Source: a virus (lineage: Duplodnaviria > Caudoviricetes). Taken from it: DNA of 49,727 bases. The position numbers and the translations under genes are program-made. This document shows, piece after piece, positions 1 through 8,834 of the stretch (within the stretch, counting starts at the first letter, position 1; the number at the start of each line of letters is the position of its first letter). Below the pieces are notes generated by a model. The model worked only from the letters and a program-made list of their open reading frames with translations, had not been told where the DNA came from and ran no database searches. The stretch covers positions 1 through 49,727 of IMG/VR virus record IMGVR_UViG_3300007734_000715, one strand, 5' to 3'.

Positions 1-127
1 AAACGCGACCCGCGCACGTGGAAGATCGGAAAGGAAACATACAACAGACTAAACGACAGTTGGCAAACAAACTTTGATTTTATTGTAGAAAAGAAAGATT
101 AACGAAATGAATAAAGAACAAGCAAGA
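1..127. repeat. Terminal direct repeat identical to 49601-49727 (circular assembly overlap)
   Basis: aaacgcgacc...agcaaga occurs at both ends. 127 bp matches a common assembler k-mer size. Confidence 0.95.
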
Positions 128-481
128 GAAGCAGCCGCCATAATGCTGGCATGGGCTGATGGGAAGGAAGTGCAGCATCGCATAAAGAAGTGCGATTCAA
201 GAAGCGGATTGAAGCCAGATTGGTGCGATACAGACGCGCCGTGGTGGGACTTTGACAGCTACGAATACCGCATCAAACCCACCGCAAAGCTCCGCCCGTG
301 GACTGCGGATGAGGTGCCTGTTGGTGGTCAAATCAGAAGCAAAGCAAACACAGACTATCGTATGCTGATTGACAGAACGGCAAACCATGGCGTGAGGGAA
401 GACTGGCTAAAGTCATACGAACACAGCACCGACGGCGGTAAAACGTGGCTCCCGTGTGGGGTGGTGGAGGAGGCGAAATGA
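107..481 (+). CDS. Hypothetical phage protein
   Basis: 124-aa ORF with AWADGKEVQ...PWWDF..YEYRIKP pattern, typical of small phage accessory proteins. Confidence 0.8.
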   Translation: MNKEQAREAAAIMLAWADGKEVQHRIKKCDSRSGLKPDWCDTDAPWWDFDSYEYRIKPTAKLRPWTADEVPVGGQIRSKANTDYRMLIDRTANHGVREDWLKSYEHSTDGGKTWLPCGVVEEAK

Positions 482-699
482 GCAAACAAACTGACGACAT
501 CCATTGGTACGGAGAGAAGATTCCTGAAAGCGTCACGCTCCGCGACTACTTCGCAGCGGCGGCGTTGCCAGTAGCGTGGAACGCATACGATAGCGGCTAC
601 TTTGGAGACACCGGACACGAATCCGCAAATCATGCGGTGGCTACTGCTGCTTATCAGATGGCCGACGCGATGATCAAAGCGAGGGAGGTGAAGCAGTGA
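478..699 (+). CDS. Hypothetical protein (TLRDYFAA family of small phage proteins)
   Basis: TLRDYFAAAAL...AYQMADAMIKAR. ATG at 478 overlaps the upstream stop (ATGA) and follows GGAGG. Confidence 0.8.
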   Translation: MSKQTDDIHWYGEKIPESVTLRDYFAAAALPVAWNAYDSGYFGDTGHESANHAVATAAYQMADAMIKAREVKQ

Positions 700-947
700 A
701 GGACTACGTTTTCTTGGTCCATTCATATGAAGAGCGCGTGATTGTCATCAACCATCGCGCCACTGGAGGCCGTGCGTTGAACGACCTCGAAGACCACGGC
801 ATCTCGATCCGGAGAGCAGCAAAGCAAATGGGGATGTCTGCGTCCTATCTTTCAGACTTGCTCAAAGGTCGTAGGAATTGGAGCCACGAATTGGAGCGAC
901 GGTTTGAGGCTGCTGTCAGGAAACTTATCAAGGAGGCCAAGCCGTGA
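696..947 (+). CDS. XRE/Cro-like HTH DNA-binding protein
   Basis: GISIRRAAKQMGMSASYLSDLLKGRR HTH pattern; GTG start after GGAGG. Confidence 0.75.
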   Translation: MKDYVFLVHSYEERVIVINHRATGGRALNDLEDHGISIRRAAKQMGMSASYLSDLLKGRRNWSHELERRFEAAVRKLIKEAKP

Positions 948-1246
948 GCTTTTGCCCACATTGTCATTCTGGAGTTGATCCAGTTTTAAAAGACACCACT
1001 TGGTCCTGTGGAGTGCGATTCAATGACGTACTCTGGAGAACGAAAGAGTGCTACAAGAGACAAATCCATGTTGGAGATGAACACCTGCGCTTGCAGGAGC
1101 AGCACATCTCCGAGCTTGAGGAAGAGAATGGGCGACTCAAGCAGCGCATCAAGCGGCTGGAGGAGGCGGGGGATATAATGGAGTGGTGGTGTACTGATCC
1201 TCAATCCATCCGCGAATGGCACGAAGCCAAGGAGGTCAAGCTGTGA
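944..1246 (+). CDS. Hypothetical protein with CxxC motif and coiled coil
   Basis: FCPHC at N-terminus and heptad-rich C-terminus; translationally coupled GTG start. Confidence 0.7.
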   Translation: MSFCPHCHSGVDPVLKDTTWSCGVRFNDVLWRTKECYKRQIHVGDEHLRLQEQHISELEEENGRLKQRIKRLEEAGDIMEWWCTDPQSIREWHEAKEVKL

Positions 1247-1265
1247 ACTTTAACAACAAAACAAA

Positions 1266-1925
1266 ATGAACATATTCAACCCCACAAATCCACAACCACC
1301 TCAAGACCCAACAGAGCTTCTCAAACAAGCAGAGAATCTCCTAAACAAAACCGAGCGCAAGCAAGGCTGGCCTTACTATGACATCAAGCATGCGCTGCAG
1401 TTCGCGCAGATGGTCATCAAGCTCAGCAAAATCCCCAGCAAAAAAGCCACGATCAACACTCTCACGCTACGCCAACAACCTCAGACTGTCCGCGCCCGTC
1501 TATCTCAAGGCAAAGCATTCATCGTAGACAAAGGTATCGAAGTCCTCAAAGGTCAGATCGACCCCGACGACATGCCGCTCGTCTCAGAGCTTGCCGAGAA
1601 AGTCCAGATCTCTGTGCGCAAAGTCAACCTCATCATCGAGCTTGTCGAACCCGTCGATAATATCCTCGACGCAATGACTCCTCTGCTCGGCGGCACAGAC
1701 GAAGATCCCACGACCTTCAACGAAGATGTCTTCCGCGAAGAGATCGTAGAGTTCATGAACAGCGGCGAGGTTGGAAGTCAGGCGAGCTGGCAGAACTACA
1801 CCTCAAGTGCAGAGAAGTTCGCCCGGCAGCTCGCCATGCAAGACAACACCATCATCATCGAGACAACGCCCACCGAACTTATCGTGATGAAGATGAGCGA
1901 GGAGATGTTGAAGGGTCTTGAATAA
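1266..1925 (+). CDS. Hypothetical protein
   Basis: 219-aa ORF, A-rich leader, strong C-ending codon bias. Confidence 0.8.
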   Translation: MNIFNPTNPQPPQDPTELLKQAENLLNKTERKQGWPYYDIKHALQFAQMVIKLSKIPSKKATINTLTLRQQPQTVRARLSQGKAFIVDKGIEVLKGQIDPDDMPLVSELAEKVQISVRKVNLIIELVEPVDNILDAMTPLLGGTDEDPTTFNEDVFREEIVEFMNSGEVGSQASWQNYTSSAEKFARQLAMQDNTIIIETTPTELIVMKMSEEMLKGLE

Positions 1926-2170
1926 TGAATGACGAATCGAATAAAGTTCCAAAGAAACTTAGTAAAGTTATTCGAATCATCGCAGTTATTGCTGCTATAT
2001 TTATTGTATGTAATCCAGAACTTCTGGCCTTTGGAATTATAGCAGACGCAGCATTCTTTGATATGCTTGTATTGCTAATCGGATTACAACTGCATGGATT
2101 CTTTGGTGCTGCTTTATCGTACATTAAACTTACTATAACTACATTATGGATTTATCTTAAGACCAAATAA
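1925..2170 (+). CDS. Small membrane protein (AT-rich, moron-like)
   Basis: 2-3 hydrophobic segments; visibly more AT-rich than flanks. Confidence 0.65.
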   Translation: MNDESNKVPKKLSKVIRIIAVIAAIFIVCNPELLAFGIIADAAFFDMLVLLIGLQLHGFFGAALSYIKLTITTLWIYLKTK

Positions 2171-2171
2171 A

Positions 2172-2582
2172 ATGCAAATCTTCCTCCCATATCCAGACAT
2201 CGAACAGACCGCCAAAGTCCTCGACACCCAGCGCCTGATGAAACAACGTGTCGAGTCTCTGCAAATTCTCAACACCCTACAAGGTAAATCACAGGGCTGG
2301 CAAAGTCATCCCGCAGTCAAGATGGTTAAACCCTACGCCGCATGGCTCTGTTTATACTCTATCAAAATCTGCCAAGAAGCACGGCGCCGTGGCTATGAAG
2401 ATAATCTCTTGCCACATTTCGAGCGAGAGATCCTAACATATCCATACATCATCCAACCACATTGGCTCGGCTCTTATCTACATAAGACCCACCAAAGCAA
2501 CCTCATAAGGAAGAAGGCTGACTATTATGGGCCTATCTTTCCTAATATCCCACCAAACCTACCATACTTCTGGCCGTCATGA
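2172..2582 (+). CDS. Pyrimidine-dimer DNA glycosylase (DenV/MSMEG_6728-like)
   Basis: MQIFLPY...LD..RL.KQRVE..QIL...W..HPAVKM...HQSNL.RK..YY...Y.WP signature. Confidence 0.8.
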   Translation: MQIFLPYPDIEQTAKVLDTQRLMKQRVESLQILNTLQGKSQGWQSHPAVKMVKPYAAWLCLYSIKICQEARRRGYEDNLLPHFEREILTYPYIIQPHWLGSYLHKTHQSNLIRKKADYYGPIFPNIPPNLPYFWPS

Positions 2583-3025
2583 ATGCTACACTTCTCATGC
2601 TCTCATTCCTTACAGCAGAAACAACACTCATCGCCCTTCAGCAAGACTTCAATGCGAAGCTTAGGGCACTATCCACAATCGAATCCAACGACAACGACAA
2701 AGCGAAAGGCAAGCACGGTGAACTCTCCCGATACCAACTCAAACGATCAGTCTGGAAGCAACACTTCCCTTCTGAGAAGGATCAAAGACATATTCCAGCC
2801 GAGGCGCGGCGCTGTGCTAAAGCGCATCTATGCTGGCTCGAACTCAGACTCTGCCTTGCTCAGCGAAAGAGGGAGCCAGATCCAAGAGATGTATACGCGG
2901 CCTGGAATCTCGGCCTTGCTGCTTTCTCTCGGCGGGACTATGACTTCAACAGACTCAGCAAATCAGCCAAGGCAAAGTGCGAAAGATTCTATAACCTTTA
3001 CAGCGACTACAGAAATAGCCAATAA
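2579..3025 (+). CDS. Lysozyme-like / lytic transglycosylase-fold protein with hydrophobic N-terminus
   Basis: IES catalytic motif, G..GE..RYQ and AAWNLG motifs. Confidence 0.6.
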   Translation: MNATLLMLSFLTAETTLIALQQDFNAKLRALSTIESNDNDKAKGKHGELSRYQLKRSVWKQHFPSEKDQRHIPAEARRCAKAHLCWLELRLCLAQRKREPDPRDVYAAWNLGLAAFSRRDYDFNRLSKSAKAKCERFYNLYSDYRNSQ

Positions 3026-3029
3026 CAAC

Positions 3030-3227
3030 ATGAAAGAAACAATCACAGACGCCATCGCCACTGAAGTAGATATCGCGAAGCCAAGAGAGTATTACTTCTA
3101 CGCCTATCAGTATAGACTCAATGGCTCTTGGTTCTCGACTATGCTATACGACACGCCAGAGAAAGCCTCAGAGAACACCACCGACAAAGCTATCGTGCGC
3201 AGAAAATTGTGCTGTGTTGTTCTATGA
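3030..3227 (+). CDS. Small hypothetical protein (paralog A)
   Basis: ATG at 3030, MKETITD...; shares P..YYFY.Y...PE.A...RKLC with the next ORF. Confidence 0.7.
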   Translation: MKETITDAIATEVDIAKPREYYFYAYQYRLNGSWFSTMLYDTPEKASENTTDKAIVRRKLCCVVL

Positions 3228-3424
3228 AAATTATACTTGGCTGCGTTCTTCCAGATCCACCAGAACCTAAGACATATTACTTCTATGTCTATAAACAAAG
3301 ACAAGATGGCTGTGGAGATTGGGCGAGTCTTGGATTAGCCACTAGCCCTGAGCAAGCAGAACGAGATGCACAAGCAGCACTCGTCGGTTTCCCACGCAAG
3401 CTTTGTTCTATCACAATACCATGA
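3224..3424 (+). CDS. Small hypothetical protein (paralog B)
   Basis: ATGA overlap at 3224; MKIILG...PKTYYFYVY...SPEQA...RKLC. Confidence 0.7.
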   Translation: MKIILGCVLPDPPEPKTYYFYVYKQRQDGCGDWASLGLATSPEQAERDAQAALVGFPRKLCSITIP

Positions 3425-3642
3425 GCAATCAATCCCTCAACGAACTCGACCTTCTCCTAGGCCTCCCAAAACCCGTCGAAGATATGACAGACAAAGAGCT
3501 TGAGAAGTTTCTTCTCAAACACTTCCCGCACACGCGCCCAACAGGCACCGATCTAGCTTCCCTCCTAAACGATCCTCTCCTAAAAGGCATAGACGTGCAA
3601 GCCATAATCAATCAAACTCAGAACTTCAAACTGAAGAAATAA
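3421..3642 (+). CDS. Hypothetical protein
   Basis: ATGA overlap; MSNQSLNEL..., 73 aa. Confidence 0.7.
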   Translation: MSNQSLNELDLLLGLPKPVEDMTDKELEKFLLKHFPHTRPTGTDLASLLNDPLLKGIDVQAIINQTQNFKLKK

Positions 3643-3647
3643 TTTTT

Positions 3648-3727
3648 GAGCTACTCAGCGCGTACTGCAAGCTGTTCTTGCGGCAGGGTTTTAACGGTTT
3701 CCCCTGGGACGGCGCGCTGGGTAGCTC
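3648..3727 (+). ncRNA. Structured intergenic RNA element (three-way junction) followed by U-rich tract
   Basis: 15-bp closing stem 3648-3662/3713-3727 enclosing hairpins 3665-3683 and 3684-3706; G-U pairs favour the + strand. Confidence 0.5.
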
Positions 3728-3759
3728 TTTCTTTTCTCTTTCCTTTCCTTAAATAACAA

Positions 3760-4686
3760 ATGAAAATAACATATAAAGACTTGCCGCACGAAGGCATTCC
3801 CGCCGTGATCCCCATCAACGCTTCTGGATTAAAGATCTCCGCCTGTCCGAGGCGCTGGTTCTTTACAGTCTTCTTAGGTCTTAAACCCGCCGAAGATATT
3901 ACTGCCTTGACGGTGGGTAAAATTATCCACAAGTTCGCCGAGAACGTAGCCTTTGACCGCAGTGGAGAGAAGTGGCAAGAAGCCTGTATGGAGGCGTTCA
4001 AAGAAGCGAAGGAGAAGAATCTTCCCACCAAGGATCAAGACCAGATTCGCAAGGCTTTGACTGCGGCGCCTCTGTCGTCCTTACCGCAGCCCCTCAAATT
4101 CGGCAATAACAAAGGCGCTGAGTTTCACTTCAACATTCCCGTCGTCGATCGCCCGGGCTTTGCTTATGTCGGCACCGTTGACGTTCTCTCCGTGACGCCC
4201 GCCGGAATCATTCAGATCACAGACTATAAGACCACGCGCAAGTACGCATTCAAAGATGCCGTCGCGGGCTACGAAGGCGACACGCAATTCTCTTATTACT
4301 ATTACATCTTTCAAAAGTTTGCATATGAGATCTTCAAAGACGACATCAACTATGCAAACTCTGCATGGTATCGTCGCATGGTGATTCGTACGTTGATCGT
4401 CCAGATCTCTCTCCCTTCACCGGCATGGCGCATCGGTCCTGATTGGAGCTTTACGGAGGAACAGCTCTGGGAGTTTGATTCGGAAGTCAAAGATCGCATC
4501 GAGACTTTCTCTCAAGATATCAACGAAGCAATGGCCCACGATAAGCTCCCTCCGCCTAGTGGCAAAGCGTGCAATGCCTGTCCGAGCTGCCCATTCAAGC
4601 GAATCTGCTTTGCGCAGAACGCTGTGCAGCTTGAACTCTTTTTGTCGGAGTGCTCAATAACTAAGTATGAACCTCTGACTTGGTAA
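3760..4686 (+). CDS. PD-(D/E)xK Cas4/RecB-like exonuclease
   Basis: ACPRRW, GKIIH, GTVD, TDYKT, C-terminal C..C..CP...IC (probable Fe-S ligands). Confidence 0.85.
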   Translation: MKITYKDLPHEGIPAVIPINASGLKISACPRRWFFTVFLGLKPAEDITALTVGKIIHKFAENVAFDRSGEKWQEACMEAFKEAKEKNLPTKDQDQIRKALTAAPLSSLPQPLKFGNNKGAEFHFNIPVVDRPGFAYVGTVDVLSVTPAGIIQITDYKTTRKYAFKDAVAGYEGDTQFSYYYYIFQKFAYEIFKDDINYANSAWYRRMVIRTLIVQISLPSPAWRIGPDWSFTEEQLWEFDSEVKDRIETFSQDINEAMAHDKLPPPSGKACNACPSCPFKRICFAQNAVQLELFLSECSITKYEPLTW

Positions 4687-4698
4687 AAAATAAAACAT

Positions 4699-5391
4699 AT
4701 GGAAACAATCCCACAAAAACCTCAATGGCCAAAGACCCTCATCGCACTCGTTGGCCCGAGTGGCTCAGGCAAGTCTACGTCCTTCCGCAACGTCGATCCC
4801 GCGCGCACCGTTATCTTCGACGCCGAGCGAAAGGGTATGCCGTTTCGTGTGCGCGACGAGAAGCTCGTTGTGCCGATCGACAGCTATGATAAGCTGACTG
4901 TTGAATTGAATAAGGTTAAGAAAGACACGACGAAAGATCTCGTCGTGATCGACTCAATCACCGCCGCCATTGATCAGTTGCAAGTTAAGTGTGAACAAAT
5001 CTACAAAGGTTTCGACATCTGGAAAAACTACAACGATGGCATCCAGACTTTGTGCACTAACCTCAAGTCTCTCGACAAGACTGTCATCATCACCGGTCTC
5101 GAAGAGATCGTCCCGATTCAGGGTCTTGACGGCAGCATGACTACTCGACGCCGCTTGTATGTCCAAGGTAAAGAGTGGGCAAACAAAGGAATCGAGTCTG
5201 AGTGTCTCGCTGTGTGGTCTGTCTATGCGAAGAAAGAAAAGGGATCTGACACGATCCAATACTTCTTCGCCACGCAGACCGATGGCGTCACGACCGCGAA
5301 GACTCCGATCTTCTGGGGCTTGCCTAATCCCATGGAGAATTGTGTTGTGAAGGCTTTGAATAAGATCGCTGCTGAACTCTCTAAACCCTAA
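4699..5391 (+). CDS. AAA_24 / Sak4-like ATPase (recombination)
   Basis: GPSGSGKS, DAE, VIDSIT; located between exonuclease and SSB. Confidence 0.8.
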   Translation: METIPQKPQWPKTLIALVGPSGSGKSTSFRNVDPARTVIFDAERKGMPFRVRDEKLVVPIDSYDKLTVELNKVKKDTTKDLVVIDSITAAIDQLQVKCEQIYKGFDIWKNYNDGIQTLCTNLKSLDKTVIITGLEEIVPIQGLDGSMTTRRRLYVQGKEWANKGIESECLAVWSVYAKKEKGSDTIQYFFATQTDGVTTAKTPIFWGLPNPMENCVVKALNKIAAELSKP

Positions 5392-5395
5392 TACT

Positions 5396-5656
5396 ATGAG
5401 CATTGAAACTACTCCGCCCGTTGCGACTAACACACCTTTTGTAGAACAAGAACGCGTCGACATTAGACTGTGCATTACAATCAAGCGTAACCCACAAACG
5501 GGTGAAGTTAAAGCATACGTCAATCAACTAGACCTCACAAACTATGATGGTCTTGTTGATAATGTTCCTGAGTTCCTTAACGCATTTGAATTAAGGTACG
5601 GTATAAATCAAATCATATCGGCCGCAAAGAATAATCTATCAAACGTGGCCCAATAA
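5396..5656 (+). CDS. Hypothetical protein
   Basis: 86-aa ORF filling the gap. Confidence 0.65.
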   Translation: MSIETTPPVATNTPFVEQERVDIRLCITIKRNPQTGEVKAYVNQLDLTNYDGLVDNVPEFLNAFELRYGINQIISAAKNNLSNVAQ

Positions 5657-5661
5657 AAGCT
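5646..5661 (+). promoter_or_regulatory. Sigma-54-type promoter (-24/-12) for SSB
   Basis: TGGCCCAATAAAAGCT = GG-N10-GC; near-identical to 9841-9862 (GGCCCAAnAAAAGCTCCCTCC). Confidence 0.7.
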
Positions 5662-5710
5662 CCCTCCCATTTGTCGGTGCTAGTAAACAAAACAAAAAAC
5701 AAAACAAAAA

Positions 5711-6229
5711 ATGAAAAAAGGTACTGAAGTCAAGATCGGATTCATCCCCGCGAACGTCTATAAGGTTCTGGTCCACAAGACCGAGACTCGCCAGAGCGCG
5801 AAGGGTTTCAAGATGGTTGTCTGTGAGTGCGAGATCATTGCGCCCGAGACTGCCGCGGCCGCTGGCGTGACCTATAAGACGCTCGGCTCGAAGGGCAACA
5901 TGTACATCATGCTGGAGAACAAGAACGGAGTTGACTCCGCGCTTGAACTGCTGGCTTCTTCTCTCCAGACCATCGGTCTGTATGACGGATTGCCCGACGA
6001 CTATACCGACGTGGACGTGGCCGAGGCCCTTGCTTCTCTGCAAGGTCAGGCTTTCAACATGCTCGTTCAGTCGCAGCCTGAGTATGTTACGGATGATCCT
6101 TCTAATTCAAGGGATCTCAAGTTCGCCAAGCGCGACGAGAACGGCGAGGCTATCGTCAAGCGCTACAACACCCAGTTTGACTTCTCTCAAGTCAAGGGCG
6201 CTGCGTCGCCGCTGGCTAACAACTTCTAA
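5711..6229 (+). CDS. Single-stranded DNA-binding protein (DUF669-like)
   Basis: IPANVYKV.V...S.KG.KM pattern; position after Sak4-like gene; strong codon bias. Confidence 0.65.
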   Translation: MKKGTEVKIGFIPANVYKVLVHKTETRQSAKGFKMVVCECEIIAPETAAAAGVTYKTLGSKGNMYIMLENKNGVDSALELLASSLQTIGLYDGLPDDYTDVDVAEALASLQGQAFNMLVQSQPEYVTDDPSNSRDLKFAKRDENGEAIVKRYNTQFDFSQVKGAASPLANNF

Positions 6230-6336
6230 GTCTCAGCGATAGAGTGGTTGCTATCACAGAGACACGCGCCTCTTAGGAAGATTGCGAGACTTTCTAAGAG
6301 GTTTCTTTCCTCAAGACATATCCCCATCGCACCGCT

Positions 6337-6370
6337 GGCAGACCGGAAATAGTCTGCCTTTTCTTTTCTC
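6337..6370 (+). terminator. Intrinsic terminator (last of three hairpins in 6229-6370)
   Basis: ggcagac/gtctgcc stem followed by ttttcttttc. Confidence 0.7.
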
Positions 6371-6387
6371 TTTAATTAACCCTCAAC

Positions 6388-7818
6388 ATGATAGCACTCG
6401 TTCTGCATGGACCCTCGCGCTTTGATAAAGAAAACAACGGAATACTTCTTGGCCCTGCTGGTGATTTCGTTCGTTCTGTTCTTGCTGCTCACGCCATTGA
6501 CCTTGATTCTCCAGAGCAAGTCTTCGTCACCTTCGCCGACGACTTCTTCAAAGGCGCAAACAAACCAAGTGGAATCAACAAGATCATATTTGCGGGATCT
6601 AAAAGCTTGGATTATTTACCAGCAGCTAAAGGAAAAACCCTAGACGCCTTTCGCGGCGTCGTCTATATCTCACCCACAAAGACTCAATACATCGTAACCT
6701 ATTGGCCGCAAGATTGTGTGGATGCTTGGGCCGTTGAAGATTCTCTTGAAGGCGAGGGTGACAATGAAGATATCCTCGACAAAGACGACGGCAAGAGCAC
6801 AAGCCCCACTAAAAGATCCAACTACAGTTTTTGGTTTGCACAAGACATCAAGAAACTACTAACATATGACCCCGAAAAAGTTCAACCTGAACCCCAAACC
6901 GTCTCTTGTCAAAGAGCCGATGAAGCAACAAGAGTCTTTAACTACGACGGACCAATCTTCTTCGACATCGAGACTCACCCCAAGACCAACACCCTCACCT
7001 GCTTGGCCATTGCGTGCGGAGAGAGTCCTGTTTATTCTGTTCCTGTGTACGATTGGGGCGGCAATCTTAATGTCGGTGTGGTTTTCTTTGCGCGATTAGT
7101 AAGAGAGATGAAGCGCCGACGGGTCGTCATACACAACGCCCTCTTCGATCTCTGCTTCCTCGCCGCCTTCTACAAGATCCCATTCGGCACAGACATCTAC
7201 GATACGATGGTCGCTGGGCATCGCATCTTTCCAGAGGCCGAGAAGTCTCTCGCCCATCAAGCAACGATCTACTCCAACAGACCCTTTCACAAAGATGAAG
7301 CAGGGAACTTTGATCCTCGCAATCGAGCACAATTTGAGCAGCTCCGCGCTTACAACATTAAAGACGTTATTGTGCTCCGAGAGATTTACCTCGGTCAGCT
7401 TGAAGTCTGCAGACACGACAGCGGACTTCAAGATTCAGTCGATCAAGCTAGTAAATCACTCGCAGACTATGCATTCATGTCATTGCACGGAATGCACTTC
7501 GATCCCGTCAAGCGGCAATACATCGTCCGCAGATGCGAAGAAAGGTACAAGCAGTTGAGTAGGATACTCAAAATCCTCGTCGGATTCGATCTCAACCCCG
7601 GCAGTCCGGATCAAGTAGTGAATTATCTGCACACGCAGATGCGCTATAAGCCCGAGAAGACAACCGACAAAGGCGCACCGAGCGTGGCCGGGGATGCACT
7701 CTATAAGATCAAACTCAAGCATCCAAAGAACGTCGCCATCGACGTAATCTTCGAGATGCGTCGCATGGTTAAGTTGAAAGGTATGTTAGGATTTCAGCAA
7801 TGGATTTGGGAATATTAA
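6388..7818 (+). CDS. DNA polymerase A, N-terminal part (UDG-like domain, 3'-5' exonuclease, thumb)
   Basis: FDIET (ExoI), HNALFD (ExoII), DTM, YNIKD (ExoIII), G..LNPGSPDQV thumb; N-terminal G..L.GPAG UDG-like pattern. Confidence 0.85.
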   Translation: MIALVLHGPSRFDKENNGILLGPAGDFVRSVLAAHAIDLDSPEQVFVTFADDFFKGANKPSGINKIIFAGSKSLDYLPAAKGKTLDAFRGVVYISPTKTQYIVTYWPQDCVDAWAVEDSLEGEGDNEDILDKDDGKSTSPTKRSNYSFWFAQDIKKLLTYDPEKVQPEPQTVSCQRADEATRVFNYDGPIFFDIETHPKTNTLTCLAIACGESPVYSVPVYDWGGNLNVGVVFFARLVREMKRRRVVIHNALFDLCFLAAFYKIPFGTDIYDTMVAGHRIFPEAEKSLAHQATIYSNRPFHKDEAGNFDPRNRAQFEQLRAYNIKDVIVLREIYLGQLEVCRHDSGLQDSVDQASKSLADYAFMSLHGMHFDPVKRQYIVRRCEERYKQLSRILKILVGFDLNPGSPDQVVNYLHTQMRYKPEKTTDKGAPSVAGDALYKIKLKHPKNVAIDVIFEMRRMVKLKGMLGFQQWIWEY

Positions 7819-7822
7819 GATT

Positions 7823-7993
7823 ATGGCTAAACTTACACAGAAACAATTCGAAGCGTTGATAGAGTATATCGACGCAGCTGTTGAAACGGCAAAGCCTTGT
7901 GCAGATTTATACGAATCAATTCGCAAACATAATGCAAAAGAAGTTCTTACTACAGAGCTTCTTGCAAATGACACAGACGAAGTTCTCGATTAA
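7823..7993 (+). CDS. Small hypothetical protein (56 aa)
   Basis: ATG 7823 to TAA 7993, MAKLTQKQFEALIEYID...; below the ORF-track cutoff. Confidence 0.65.
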   Translation: MAKLTQKQFEALIEYIDAAVETAKPCADLYESIRKHNAKEVLTTELLANDTDEVLD

Positions 7994-7999
7994 CTAACT

Positions 8000-8830
8000 A
8001 TGAAAGACACAACAATCGCCGCATCCTTTATGCGCGCCGGGATTTATGATCCCTCGAAGTTTGGCCACGTCGTCTCGATGCCCAAGCTCAACGGCCTGAG
8101 GTGCATGTATATTCCCGGCCAAGGATTCTTTTCGAGAGATGGCAAGAGGTGGAATGATGCTGTCCTTGCGCACATCGTTCCGCCCACAACGGACTACATA
8201 CTCGACGGCGAGTTGTATTGTCATGGTATGAGTCTGCAGAGGATCAATGCCTCAGTGGCTGTATCTCGCATCGAACCCGGCGTGAACGTAGAGTTCGTTC
8301 GCTTTCACGCGTTCGATATTGTAGAACCGAAGTTCAACGCGCTCACTCGGATGCTCTTGCTTGAGAAAATTCTTCGTGATGATACTAACTATGTTGGAAT
8401 GGAAATGATCCAGTGGGAGATCTGCAAGACCCGCATCGAACTCGATGATTGTTATAAAGCCTACATCGAACAAGGCTACGAAGGCCAAATGCTCAAGAGC
8501 GTCTTCGGTTCCTATATGCCACAGGGCGAGAAGGAACGCTCGACGATGAATCTCCAGAAGCGCAAAGCTTTTCTCGACGCAGAGTTCTTGTGCATTGGTC
8601 GCGTGATCTCTGACGAAGGTAAGTGCAAGGGTAAACTCGGCGCCCTTAAGTTCATCACATCAAAGGGCGTAGTATTCGAAGTCGGCACCGGATTCACCGA
8701 CGAGGAGCGTGAAGAGTATATAGCACCTAACTATGACTTCCGCCGCAAAGCCACTATCAAATATCTCAACCTCACCGACGATGGGCGCCCGTTCAATGCG
8801 TCGTTCGTAGGATGGCGCGAAGACGTTTAA
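8000..8830 (+). CDS. ATP-dependent DNA ligase
   Basis: PKLNGLR (motif I), LDGELY (III), FDIV (IIIa), EGQMLK (IV), KRK (V), VGTGFTDEER OB domain. Confidence 0.9.
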   Translation: MKDTTIAASFMRAGIYDPSKFGHVVSMPKLNGLRCMYIPGQGFFSRDGKRWNDAVLAHIVPPTTDYILDGELYCHGMSLQRINASVAVSRIEPGVNVEFVRFHAFDIVEPKFNALTRMLLLEKILRDDTNYVGMEMIQWEICKTRIELDDCYKAYIEQGYEGQMLKSVFGSYMPQGEKERSTMNLQKRKAFLDAEFLCIGRVISDEGKCKGKLGALKFITSKGVVFEVGTGFTDEEREEYIAPNYDFRRKATIKYLNLTDDGRPFNASFVGWREDV

Positions 8831-8834
8831 GACT

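Noticed and set aside
696-947. HTH as a lysogeny repressor
   Set aside because: No integrase, partition genes or divergent cI/cro arrangement seen
1217-1232. TGGCAC upstream of ORF 1266 as a sigma-54 promoter
   Set aside because: No GC at the -12 spacing
2583-3029. N-terminal extension of the 214-aa ORF
   Set aside because: Overlaps the lysozyme-like gene out of frame; the real start is probably 3030
3648-3727. tRNA gene
   Set aside because: No T-loop GTTC, no anticodon arm geometry, no CCA; only two internal arms
3760-4686. Cas4-like gene as part of a CRISPR-Cas system
   Set aside because: No cas1/cas2 or array; standard phage exonuclease-Sak4-SSB context
7819-8834. Group I intron or intein interrupting polA
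   Set aside because: The insert encodes a ligase and a small ORF; no homing endonuclease or intein termini; the second half has its own start. Splicing is not formally excluded.
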